From Candidatus Aminicenans sakinawicola JGI OTU-1 (GTDB taxonomy: Bacteria > Acidobacteriota > Aminicenantia > Aminicenantales > Aminicenantaceae): DNA of 36,173 nt. This document shows positions 25,488 to 33,928 of this stretch, one piece after another (the stretch's first letter is position 1; each line of letters starts with the position of its first letter). The stretch covers positions 1-36,173 of the forward strand of contig AWNV01000030.1 in NCBI GenBank assembly GCA_000493965.1, written 5' to 3'. Under the pieces are notes generated by a model. The model saw only the letters and a list, made by a program, of their open reading frames with translations. It was not told the DNA's origin and searched no databases. Position numbers and translations under genes: made by a program.

Positions 25488-27317
25488 ATGGACAAAAGCA
25501 TTTATAACCAGGAAGCATATAAAAAATTTTCAGAGGAACTTCAGAGAGTTTTAAAAGGTCCCAATATAAAGACAGTAGATTTAAAATGGCTTGAACCTCG
25601 GGCAAAAGAAACAGGGATTAAAACAAAATACGGGTCTTATGGATGGAGATCAGCCATATCAAGCCGGATCGCTCCCAAAACAGTCTATCTCGGCAGGGAA
25701 GCAGTAAGGCTTACGCGGCCGACTCCAGTTCACGAATCCATAATCGCCAACGCTCCAGAAGAACTGGATAAAGTCCTCCACCTGCTTCGGACGCTTCCTT
25801 TCTATCATATAAGGAGGCAGATGGGAGAAAACGACTCATTCAACCCAATGTGTAATCTCTATGTCTCTGATGCAGACCTTATCAACAGACGGATCGGGCT
25901 CATGTGGGGGACAACCATGTTTAAGCCTGGAAAACGGCCTGGGCCTGAATTTACAATGATCCACATTCCAGAAGAGCATCCTCTCCGTCAGCAAATACTT
26001 GCTATACCGGAATACAGGATCAATATCGCTCTCGGAACAGACTATTTGGGGGAGGATAAAAAAGGATTCCTCCGCCTGGCAATGTGGATGGCCGATGAGC
26101 AGGGGATGATAGGTCTCCATTCAGGAACTAAGATTGTTACGGTCAGAGATGTCAACAATAAACTTAAAACCTACGGCGTTTTTCTTTTCGGATTGACTGC
26201 AACAGGAAAATCCACCTGGTCCTGCCACCAACTCGGACTCGATTATGGAAAAGGAGAAAAAACATTAGTCACTCAAGACGATATATGTTTCCTTAGAAAA
26301 GATGGCTCAGCCTTTGGATCAGAAAACAATTTCTTTGTAAAAACAGATGTCGAACAAGAATACCAGGAAGCAATGTACAATGCCTTAATCGATAAAACCG
26401 CTCTCTTTGAGAACGTCATGATCAAATCCAACGGAAATGTAGATTTTCTGGATGAAAGCCTAACGGCAAACGGAAGAGCCGTTCTTCAGCGCAACAAACT
26501 CAAAGTCAACATAAAAGGCAAAATGGTAGGCATCTTCTCTAAAACCATAAACCTCCCGCCGCTGGAAGAACTGGATGGGATTGTATTTGCCTTTATCACG
26601 CGGAGGAACACCATAATGAACTTTGCCCAGGAACTAACTCCTGAACAGGCAGTTCTTGCATACCTATGGGGGGAAAGCACCCACAGTTTTGCCAGTCAGC
26701 CTCTCAAGGCTGGAGAATCCGTACGTATCGTCGGAACAGATCCTTTCATAGTCGGTTCCAGGGCCAGAAAAGTCAACCGTTTCTACGATATCATAATGAC
26801 TCTTGCCAGCAATTATCCGGGAAAAGTCAAATTCATGCAGTACAACACAGGAGGAATGGGAGAGATCATTGAGACCTCTGAGGAGAACGGAAAAGAGAAA
26901 AAGAGGCTTGTCCGTAAGGTCGCCCGTGTTCCGATCAGCCTCATGTCCCAAATTCAAAGAGGCGACCTGCGCGGAACTAACTCCTATGAAAAAGGAAGAC
27001 TCGGTACAAAAGAAATCAAGCTTGCCGAAGGAAAAAGTCTTGATGAATGGAATGTCAACAAATTCTATTCTGAAGAGCAAATCCAGAATTATATCAAGGA
27101 CCTTGTCGAAGGAAGAAGAAAATTCACAGAAGAAGTATCAGAGGAAGGGCTTCGGAACGAAGTTCTCTATGCTGCAGAGCGCTCCTTCCGTATAGATAAA
27201 AGCACAAAAAAAACGAGTATTTCTGTGCCCGAAATGGGTTCTGCAGGGGAGGAAATATTCTCATACAGGGAATCCAAATCACGACCGCGGCGTGCCGGAT
27301 TCTGGCGGAGCCGTTAA
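25488..27317 (+). CDS. Divergent phosphoenolpyruvate carboxykinase (ATP)-like protein with an intact P-loop and a C-terminal extension
   Basis: FLFGLTATGKST is the kinase-1a motif GxxxxGKS. LTPEQAVLAYLWGES aligns with E. coli LTADQTQYHFLSGFTAK. QYNTGGMGE aligns with NTGWNG. The metal and catalytic segment is altered: TQDDICFLRKDG replaces IGDDEHGWDDDG. The protein is 609 aa against about 540 for PckA. It lies directly downstream of the fusion gene. Confidence 0.7.
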   Translation: MDKSIYNQEAYKKFSEELQRVLKGPNIKTVDLKWLEPRAKETGIKTKYGSYGWRSAISSRIAPKTVYLGREAVRLTRPTPVHESIIANAPEELDKVLHLLRTLPFYHIRRQMGENDSFNPMCNLYVSDADLINRRIGLMWGTTMFKPGKRPGPEFTMIHIPEEHPLRQQILAIPEYRINIALGTDYLGEDKKGFLRLAMWMADEQGMIGLHSGTKIVTVRDVNNKLKTYGVFLFGLTATGKSTWSCHQLGLDYGKGEKTLVTQDDICFLRKDGSAFGSENNFFVKTDVEQEYQEAMYNALIDKTALFENVMIKSNGNVDFLDESLTANGRAVLQRNKLKVNIKGKMVGIFSKTINLPPLEELDGIVFAFITRRNTIMNFAQELTPEQAVLAYLWGESTHSFASQPLKAGESVRIVGTDPFIVGSRARKVNRFYDIIMTLASNYPGKVKFMQYNTGGMGEIIETSEENGKEKKRLVRKVARVPISLMSQIQRGDLRGTNSYEKGRLGTKEIKLAEGKSLDEWNVNKFYSEEQIQNYIKDLVEGRRKFTEEVSEEGLRNEVLYAAERSFRIDKSTKKTSISVPEMGSAGEEIFSYRESKSRPRRAGFWRSR

Positions 27318-27874
27318 CTTAAATCTTCTTCTATTTTCTGGGCTAAGAGATGAAGCAGAATGAGATGTATTTCCTGAATCCGTGGGGTTTCCTCGGAAGG
27401 CACATCAATAAGAAAATCAGGAAGAGAGGCGAGGTTGCCTCCTCCCTCTCCAGTAAAAGCAGCGGTTAGCAATCCTCTCTTTTTAGCTGTTTTAATGGCC
27501 TCAATTATGTTTGGCGAATTTCCACTTGTCGAAAGCCCGATAGCAATATCGCCTTTAGTTCCAAGCGCTTCTATTTGGCGGCTGAATACATAATCGAAAG
27601 AGGAGTCATTGGCGATAGAAGTCAGGGCAGACGTATCTGTTGTCAATGAGATTGCGCAAATTGCAGGCCTGTCTATTAAAAACTTGTTTACAAGTTCTGC
27701 ACAAAAATGCTGTGCCTGGGCTGCGCTCCCACCATTTCCAAAAACAAGAATCTTACGGCCTGCTTTCAAACTTTCACACATTCTATCGGCCAGTCTTTGA
27801 AAAAGATCTCCCTTATTTTTGGAAAATTCCTCCATTATATATGACAGGTTTTTAATTATATTTTGACAGCGCAC
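27314..27874 (-). CDS. gmhA: D-sedoheptulose-7-phosphate isomerase (SIS domain)
   Basis: ILVFGNGGSAAQAQHFCAEL matches GmhA CGNGGSxxDAxHFAAEL. The SIS-domain motif GLSTSGNSPNI is present. The start is uncertain: the ORF track begins at TTG 27892, the GTG at 27874 has an AAGGAG RBS 6 nt upstream, and ATG 27835 is also possible. Its stop overlaps the stop of the convergent PEPCK-like gene. Confidence 0.8.
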   Translation of the reverse strand: MRCQNIIKNLSYIMEEFSKNKGDLFQRLADRMCESLKAGRKILVFGNGGSAAQAQHFCAELVNKFLIDRPAICAISLTTDTSALTSIANDSSFDYVFSRQIEALGTKGDIAIGLSTSGNSPNIIEAIKTAKKRGLLTAAFTGEGGGNLASLPDFLIDVPSEETPRIQEIHLILLHLLAQKIEEDLS

Positions 27875-28002
27875 TTTTTCTCCTTTCTGCAATTATAGCA
27901 TTTTACCATTGTCATTTACTATCCAGAATTATTCAGGAGTTCCCCAAGTTTTTTATCTCGTGTATTCTGCTGGATCAGGGCAGCTGCTTCTATGAAATAA
28001 TT

Positions 28003-28701
28003 TCATTCATTTAGCCCTGACAGGATAGTGGTTTTAACCTTGCTTAGAAGAACAGGGATTGAATCCCGGTCCATTCCTCGAACAGAAACAGGAGGATAGA
28101 AAGCGACTCTGATTTTTCCTCTTTTAATAAAAAAGCTTCCCTTTGGCATTAGCTCGTAAGTGCCTGTTATGGTTACAGGTACAATCGGTGCCCTGCTGTT
28201 AACAGCAAGAAAAAAACCGCCGCGCCTGAACTTCTGGAGCTTCCCGTTCGGGCTCCGTGTTCCTTCCGGGAAAATGAGGAACGAATATCCTTTTTCCTTC
28301 ATAAGTTTTGTGGCCTTTTCTATGCTTTCTTTGCCTCCTCTTTTACCTCTGCGGTCCACGCTTACGAAATTTACGTGCCTCATGACTTGACCAATAACAG
28401 GAATCCTGAAGACTTCTTTTTTCAGGATGACTCTCACTGGTTGGGGAATAAGCATCAGCATTATGGGCCCGTCCAGAATACTCAGGTGGTTGGGCATGAA
28501 AATATAGAATTTTTTCTTGTCTATATTCTCCAGTCCGCAGACTTCAAGACGAACACCCAGTATCTTCTGCCCGAACTTGAGGACTCCCTTGGTTATCCAG
28601 AAAAAGGGCAGTTTCAATCTTAAAAGATATAGGATAATTAAAACAGGAATTACAAGAATAATTATTACGACATAAACAAGAAGAAGAACAATTGTCCTCA
28701 T
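28003..28701 (-). CDS. plsC: 1-acyl-sn-glycerol-3-phosphate acyltransferase
   Basis: The HxxxxD acyltransferase motif is NHLSILD. The FPEGTRS motif is present. An N-terminal TM anchor is present. Confidence 0.85.
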   Translation of the reverse strand: MRTIVLLLVYVVIIILVIPVLIILYLLRLKLPFFWITKGVLKFGQKILGVRLEVCGLENIDKKKFYIFMPNHLSILDGPIMLMLIPQPVRVILKKEVFRIPVIGQVMRHVNFVSVDRRGKRGGKESIEKATKLMKEKGYSFLIFPEGTRSPNGKLQKFRRGGFFLAVNSRAPIVPVTITGTYELMPKGSFFIKRGKIRVAFYPPVSVRGMDRDSIPVLLSKVKTTILSGLNE

Positions 28702-28738
28702 TTTAATGTTCTAGGATTATAGCATAAATATGCGTTAA

Positions 28739-29029
28739 AAAAAGAAAAAGACAAGACCTTGTTTAGTAATTCAAAATGATACAGGAAATAAATTTTCTCT
28801 TCTGACAATCATCGCGGTTATAACCAGTCAAAAGGAAATTGATAAGCAATATCCTACAGATGTTTGGATTGATAAAGGAGAGGGGGGATTAAATTATTCA
28901 AGCATCATTCAATGTGATCAAATAAGAACAATCGATAAGAAGAGAACAATAAAAAAATTTGGCCATTTGGATATTTCAATGATGAAAAAAGTGGACAAAG
29001 CCTTGAAAATTAGTCTGGATTTAAACTAA
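28739..29029 (+). pseudogene. 5'-truncated mazF/pemK-family toxin gene remnant, with no start codon and no adjacent antitoxin
   Basis: Frame-2 translation from 28739 reads KKKKTRPCLVIQNDTGNKFSLLTIIAVITSQKE...YPTDVWIDKGEGGLNYSSIIQCDQIRTIDKKRTIKKFGHLDISMMKKVDKALKISLDLN then a stop. TRPCLVI, AVIT and CDQIRTIDKKR match conserved MazF/PemK blocks (TRPaVVvS, PiTs, CeQIRTiDksRl). An in-frame TAA at 28736 removes the N-terminal 15-20 residues, leaving no ATG/GTG/TTG start. No MazE-like ORF lies upstream, where the plsC start sits on the opposite strand. Confidence 0.5.
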
Positions 29030-29072
29030 TATCCTGAAAAATTTTATATAAAAATAGAACCGTCCCCTTTAT

Positions 29073-29102
29073 AAAAAAAAAGGGCGGCAAAAAATGCCGC
29101 CC
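29073..29102 (-). terminator. Rho-independent terminator downstream of pilA
   Basis: The minus strand reads GGGCGGCA-UUUUU-UGCCGCCC, a perfect 8-bp GC-rich stem, followed by a run of nine U. It lies about 25 nt after the pilA stop. Confidence 0.7.
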
Positions 29103-29129
29103 CTTAAAAATCCTTTAACAAATGCTACA

Positions 29130-29687
29130 TCAAACACCACCAGCTCTTGTTATAGGACCAACAATCCATGCACCGTTCCATGTAGCCAGGTCTTTATTGA
29201 AATCTGCCATGCTGCTTACTATATAAAACCCACTTGTCGGATCAGCTGCAGTGTAGTATGGGCCGGGGCCATCTGCACCATCACGCCCTTTAGAGCCAAC
29301 CACAAAGTCATCTGTCCCTGGTGCTGGAGTTGCAGGAATTCCCCACTTACTTGCTACATTTGCCGCGCAAAAAACATAAAAATCATTTCCCCACTGATCA
29401 TTCACAGGAAGCGACTTGACATAGAATGGACATATGGCAGTATAGAAACTGTCAGCAACAGTGTAAACACCATTCTGAGCGGTTGTGGAAGTTGGGGCGA
29501 CACCGTTGTCGGTGACATAATCCATACATGCCGTTGTGATCGTCATGATGTCCTTCATGGTTCCTTTCTGCTTGGCTTTCTGTAAGGCGGACATTGCGTT
29601 GGGGATGAGAAGTGCTGCAAGAATTCCAATTATGGCTACAACGATGAGCAGTTCGATAAGTGTAAAACCTTTAGATTTTTTAAACAT
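29130..29687 (-). CDS. pilA: Type IV pilin (major pilin-like, class III prepilin signal)
   Basis: MFKKSKG|FTLIELLIVVAIIGILAALLIP has the prepilin peptidase cleavage motif G/FTLIE with Glu at position +5. The protein is 185 aa with Cys residues in the C-terminal domain. A GGAGG RBS sits 8 nt upstream. Confidence 0.85.
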   Translation of the reverse strand: MFKKSKGFTLIELLIVVAIIGILAALLIPNAMSALQKAKQKGTMKDIMTITTACMDYVTDNGVAPTSTTAQNGVYTVADSFYTAICPFYVKSLPVNDQWGNDFYVFCAANVASKWGIPATPAPGTDDFVVGSKGRDGADGPGPYYTAADPTSGFYIVSSMADFNKDLATWNGAWIVGPITRAGGV

Positions 29688-29771
29688 TTAAAACCTCCAA
29701 TTTTTTCCCGGCGATTTTTTCTCTTTCACCGGAAATTTATTTTCATGATTTTTCATGATATCAATATTACA

Positions 29772-29787
29772 GCAATTTCCGTGCCAA
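29772..29787 (-). promoter_or_regulatory. Sigma-54 (RpoN) -24/-12 promoter for pilA
   Basis: The minus strand reads TGGCACG-GAAA-TTGCT. This is a perfect match to the sigma-54 consensus TGGCACG-N4-TTGCW, including spacing. It lies about 85 nt upstream of the pilA ATG, and the sigma-54 activator gene pilR is immediately upstream. Confidence 0.7.
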
Positions 29788-29924
29788 GCATGGCACATTG
29801 TAACATGTTGAATATAAGCAAGTTATATATTTTACGCCCGTGGATTCTTTTAGAAAGTGACATTATTTGTCGTTCTGCTGACAATTATTTGCATTAATGG
29901 AAGAAAACCATATCCCCTGAATTC

Positions 29925-31331
29925 TCAGCGCTCTTTAATTTCTTTCTCTATGTTGTTATCTTCATTAAAAGACTTCAGTCCGTATTTGTCGATCATATAT
30001 CTTAAAGAACGGTAATTTATTCCTAATAGAGAAGAGGTTTCCTTGAGATTTCCGCCGGTGCTCTTGAGAGCATGTCTGATGTAGTTGGAGGAGATCTCGT
30101 CCAGGGTTTTATTCAGGTTAAACTCAGGCTGGGATAGAAAATCTGTCTCTATATGGCTCTTTGGAGAAAGGAGTTCATCCGGAAGACTTCCTTGAGTAAT
30201 GGTTTCTCTTTCTTCGATAACAACAGTTCTTTCGATTACATTTTCCAGCTCCCTGATATTCCCCGGCCAGGGATAAGATTCAAAGACCTTTATCACTTCG
30301 GGAGCAACTCTTTTCTTCCTTTTTTCCATCTTCTGGCAGTATTTCTGGATAAAATGAGACACAAGATAAGGAATATCTTCCTTTCGCTTCCTTAATGGCG
30401 GCATCTCGAGAGAGAGGACATTAAGGCGGTAAAACAGGTCTTCCCGGAATTTTCCTTCTTTTATATTCTTTTTTAAATCCTGATTCGTTGCCGCAATTAT
30501 TCGAACATCCACGGAAATTTCATCCGTTCCTCCCACTCTTCTGATTTTCTTCTCCTGAAGAGCCCTGAGGAGCTTAACTTGTGTCCAGGGAGTCATCTCT
30601 CCGATCTCATCCAAAAATAGAGTCCCGTGGTCTGCTACCTCAAACATTCCTTTCTTATTTGCAATCGCTCCTGTGAAAGAGCCTTTTACATGGCCGAACA
30701 GCTCGCTTTCGAGCAAGCCCTCGGGTAAAGCCCCGCAGTTTATGGTAACAAAAGGTTTTTCCACGCGCAGACTCTTGGAGTGAATGGCGCGTGCTGCTAT
30801 TTCTTTTCCTGTCCCGCTTTCTCCTGTGATAAGAACCGTTGAATCGGTACGTGCTATTCTCTCAATCAGCCCGAATATTTCATTCATTATCCTGCTTTCT
30901 CCAATTATATTCTCGAAACCGAATCTTTCTTTGAGCTGTTCTTTTAGAAGAATATTCTCCTGCTTCAACCTTTTCTTTTCCAGGCCCTGGGCAATGATGA
31001 TTTTCAGCTCTTCTATATCGAAAGGTTTGACAACATAATCTGTTGCCCCTTCTTTAAGCGCTTCTACGGCCTGTCTGATAGTGCCGAAAGCTGTGATCAT
31101 GACAACAGGAACATCAGGTCTTTTTTCCCTGACATGCATTAATATTTCCATTCCGCTTATTTGGGGAAGTTTTATATCAGAAAGAACGATATCAAAGTCT
31201 TCTCTATCGATATATTCAAGAGCTTTGCTGGCTGAAAAGAATGTTTCTACCTGATATCCCTCTTTTTTGAATACGACATTTAAAAGGTCAAGGATGCTCT
31301 TTTCATCGTCTATAATCAGTATTTTTTCCAT
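29925..31331 (-). CDS. pilR: Sigma-54-dependent response regulator (NtrC family, PilR-like)
   Basis: A receiver domain is present (DDE...D54-like DIVLSD, ...KP). The AAA+ sigma-54 activator has Walker A GESGTGKE, the GAFTGA-loop variant GSFTGA and ESELFGH. A C-terminal Fis-type HTH is present. Confidence 0.9.
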   Translation of the reverse strand: MEKILIIDDEKSILDLLNVVFKKEGYQVETFFSASKALEYIDREDFDIVLSDIKLPQISGMEILMHVREKRPDVPVVMITAFGTIRQAVEALKEGATDYVVKPFDIEELKIIIAQGLEKKRLKQENILLKEQLKERFGFENIIGESRIMNEIFGLIERIARTDSTVLITGESGTGKEIAARAIHSKSLRVEKPFVTINCGALPEGLLESELFGHVKGSFTGAIANKKGMFEVADHGTLFLDEIGEMTPWTQVKLLRALQEKKIRRVGGTDEISVDVRIIAATNQDLKKNIKEGKFREDLFYRLNVLSLEMPPLRKRKEDIPYLVSHFIQKYCQKMEKRKKRVAPEVIKVFESYPWPGNIRELENVIERTVVIEERETITQGSLPDELLSPKSHIETDFLSQPEFNLNKTLDEISSNYIRHALKSTGGNLKETSSLLGINYRSLRYMIDKYGLKSFNEDNNIEKEIKER

Positions 31332-31340
31332 TTTTTTTAC

Positions 31341-32618
31341 TTACTCCCTTTTCCTGTCATTGCCTTCCGGTAAAACAATTACAATCTCTGACCCTTTGTT
31401 GGGCGTGGAAAATACATGTATTTTCCCATTGTAATCGTCAACAATACGTCGAACTACTGCCATTCCGATTCCTTTTCCCGTGTCGAAACCAGAATAAAAC
31501 GGCTCAAACATTCTTTCTCTTTCTTCTTTTCCCATGCCCTTTCCCGTATCGGCAAATTTCATCTGGATTCCTTTCTTTTTCCTCCTTGTAAAATCCACTG
31601 TTAACGTCCCGCCATCAGGCATTGCTTTTAGAGCATTTTTTAAAAGATTCCAGAATATTTGTTTGAATTGAGCTTTATTTCCATAATAATTAACTCTTGC
31701 TGTTTTATAATTTCCCTCTATCTGGTAATTTTCATTGATCTCGCCGCTTCTTTTAAGCAGTGTCAATATTTCTTTCAAAACAGAAGGAAGGTCAATCGAA
31801 GCAAAATCTTGCGTTCCAGGAGAAGCTAAATTTAGGAATTGTTCTATGGATTGAGAAATGTTCTCCGATTCTCTGACAACAATGTCCATCAAATGTCTTT
31901 GTTCTCCTGTCAAATCCATCTCATCTCTGAGCACCTGAACAGAGCCTGATATGGCAGCAAGAGGATTTCTTATTTCATGGGCAAGGTTAGCCGATGTTTC
32001 CCCTGCCACGGCAAGATCCTTTTTTATCTCAAGCTCCTTCTGAGCCAGGCGGAGTTCATCTCTTGTTTTTCTCAAATTTCCGGTTAAATGATTTATTAAA
32101 AAGGCCACGATAATAAAAACACCCCATGCAGTAAGAATATTGCTTAACACCGCGCTCAAAGAAAGCTCTTGAGACAGTTCAGGATATAAATATGGAATTA
32201 TTGCATAGTACATCCCGTCGATGAGAAGCCCATAAAATACTGCGGATAAAGCTGCAACAAGATATGTCGTTCGTTTCGAGATAACGACGCTTGCGGCAAT
32301 GATTTCAAATATATACAACGAATAGAATGAACCCTTTATCCCACCCGATATGTATATAAGAGCAGTAATCAGCAGAAGATCGATGAATATCTGTAGATAT
32401 GCCTGAAATGTATAATTTTTTGCCGCATAGAAAAGGATAAAATATACAATGGATAATAAATAAACAAATAGAACCAGATAATAAAGATAATAAAAAGAAT
32501 TAAGATTGAGGAGAACCTCTGTACTGTACTGAATTATAACAGTAGAAACAGCAAGAGAAGTCACAATGATCAAGCGGACAATGATAAACCAAAAAATATC
32601 GTTTTTCTTTGTGTTCAC
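31341..32618 (-). CDS. pilS: Sensor histidine kinase (PilS-like, polytopic membrane N-terminus)
   Basis: About six N-terminal TM helices are present. The H-box is HEIRNPLAAISG. The HATPase_c G-boxes are DTGKGMG and GKGIGMAVV. Confidence 0.8.
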   Translation of the reverse strand: MNTKKNDIFWFIIVRLIIVTSLAVSTVIIQYSTEVLLNLNSFYYLYYLVLFVYLLSIVYFILFYAAKNYTFQAYLQIFIDLLLITALIYISGGIKGSFYSLYIFEIIAASVVISKRTTYLVAALSAVFYGLLIDGMYYAIIPYLYPELSQELSLSAVLSNILTAWGVFIIVAFLINHLTGNLRKTRDELRLAQKELEIKKDLAVAGETSANLAHEIRNPLAAISGSVQVLRDEMDLTGEQRHLMDIVVRESENISQSIEQFLNLASPGTQDFASIDLPSVLKEILTLLKRSGEINENYQIEGNYKTARVNYYGNKAQFKQIFWNLLKNALKAMPDGGTLTVDFTRRKKKGIQMKFADTGKGMGKEERERMFEPFYSGFDTGKGIGMAVVRRIVDDYNGKIHVFSTPNKGSEIVIVLPEGNDRKRE

Positions 32619-32709
32619 AACTTGATTCTCTATTTGAAATATCCGGGTTTCCTTTTACTTGAGATTTACTACCCGATTTAAATACCAGGGCAAATTAGCC
32701 AACGATTCT

Positions 32710-33912
32710 TTACAGCTTTCCGAGAAGGCTGAAAATGGGAAGGTACATGGAAATAATAATCGTCCCGACCATTCCTCCAACAAAAATAAGAAGAACCGGC
32801 TCCATTATTGATAGAAGCGCTGCTGTTGTCGATTCCACTTCGTCGTCATAAAAATCGGCTAACTTTGACAGCATCTCATCAAGAGTTCCCGTGGCTTCTC
32901 CGACACCAACCATCTGGATGAACATGAAAGGGAATTGACCGACCTCACGGAGGGCATCCGTAAGACTCGATCCTTCAGCCACCAGTGTTCGAGACTGCAT
33001 TACATAATTTTCAACAACAACATTACCTGAAGTCGTAGATGTAATCTTAAGGCTTTCCAGCATGGGAACGCCTCCTGAGAGAAGAGTGCTCAATGTCCTT
33101 GTAATCCGGGACAATCCTACTTTCTCCAGTAGTTTTCCAAATAAAGGTATTTTGAGTGTTATTCGGTCAAAAACCTTTCGCCCTTCATTCGTGCGCCTTA
33201 TGTAGCCTAAGAGTAAGAACAGCCCAATAAATCCCAATGCTATAAATAGAATGTATTTCTGTATGAATCCGCTTAAAGCTAATACTCCTGCCGTGAGAGC
33301 GGGAAGCTGAGCCCCGAGTTCAAGATAAATGTTGGCAAAGACAGGAATAACTTTCCACATCATGAAAATCACCACAACGATCGAAAAAAGCACAATAGAT
33401 GTTGGATAGATCATAGCCTGTCTCACTTGAGACCTTAACTTGACAATCTTTTCCAAAAATTCCGCCAACCGCTTCAGCATAATATCAAGAGAACCACTCT
33501 CCTCTCCAGATGCAACTAAATTGCAGTAAAGGTCATCAAAGACTTTTGGAAACTTCCTTTTGGCTTGATTCAGAGTCGAGCCCCCTTCAACATCTTCCCT
33601 GATCTCTTGAATGACATGCTTGAAATATCTGTTTTTAGTTTGTTCGGCCAGGATATTTAAGCTCTGGATCAGAGGAAGTTCAGCATCTATCAACACAGAA
33701 AGCTGTCTGCTGTAGATAGCCAAATCTTTTAGCTTGACTTTCTGCCGTTGAAGAAAGGGGATTTTTAATTCTGCTCTTGTTCTTTTAATGTCCTCGACTA
33801 CGACCTGTTCCCGCTGAAGGCTTTTTGCCAGTCCTTCGGCTGAACGAGCAATACGTTTCCCTTGGACAATATCCCCATAACGGTTTTTCCCTTTCCACTC
33901 ATATAAAGGCAT
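32710..33912 (-). CDS. pilC: Type IV pilus / type II secretion platform protein (GspF/PilC family)
   Basis: The protein is 400 aa with two repeated GspF domains and three TM segments. The conserved LLxxGxPlxxaL blocks are LLSGGVPMLESL. Its position after pilT fits. Confidence 0.9.
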   Translation of the reverse strand: MPLYEWKGKNRYGDIVQGKRIARSAEGLAKSLQREQVVVEDIKRTRAELKIPFLQRQKVKLKDLAIYSRQLSVLIDAELPLIQSLNILAEQTKNRYFKHVIQEIREDVEGGSTLNQAKRKFPKVFDDLYCNLVASGEESGSLDIMLKRLAEFLEKIVKLRSQVRQAMIYPTSIVLFSIVVVIFMMWKVIPVFANIYLELGAQLPALTAGVLALSGFIQKYILFIALGFIGLFLLLGYIRRTNEGRKVFDRITLKIPLFGKLLEKVGLSRITRTLSTLLSGGVPMLESLKITSTTSGNVVVENYVMQSRTLVAEGSSLTDALREVGQFPFMFIQMVGVGEATGTLDEMLSKLADFYDDEVESTTAALLSIMEPVLLIFVGGMVGTIIISMYLPIFSLLGKL

Positions 33913-33928
33913 TTTTTACCCCTTTTTT

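Noticed and set aside
29094-29585. A 163-aa Cys-rich ORF on the plus strand
   Set aside because: It lies entirely antisense within pilA. It has a low-complexity Cys/Thr-rich composition and no RBS. It is a shadow ORF of the pilin gene.
29790-29805. A second TGGCAC hexamer (plus strand, catggcacattgtaac) next to the pilA sigma-54 promoter
   Set aside because: It has no TTGC -12 element at the correct spacing. On the plus strand it would point away from pilA and into the end of pilR. The match is probably incidental or part of the same protein-binding region.
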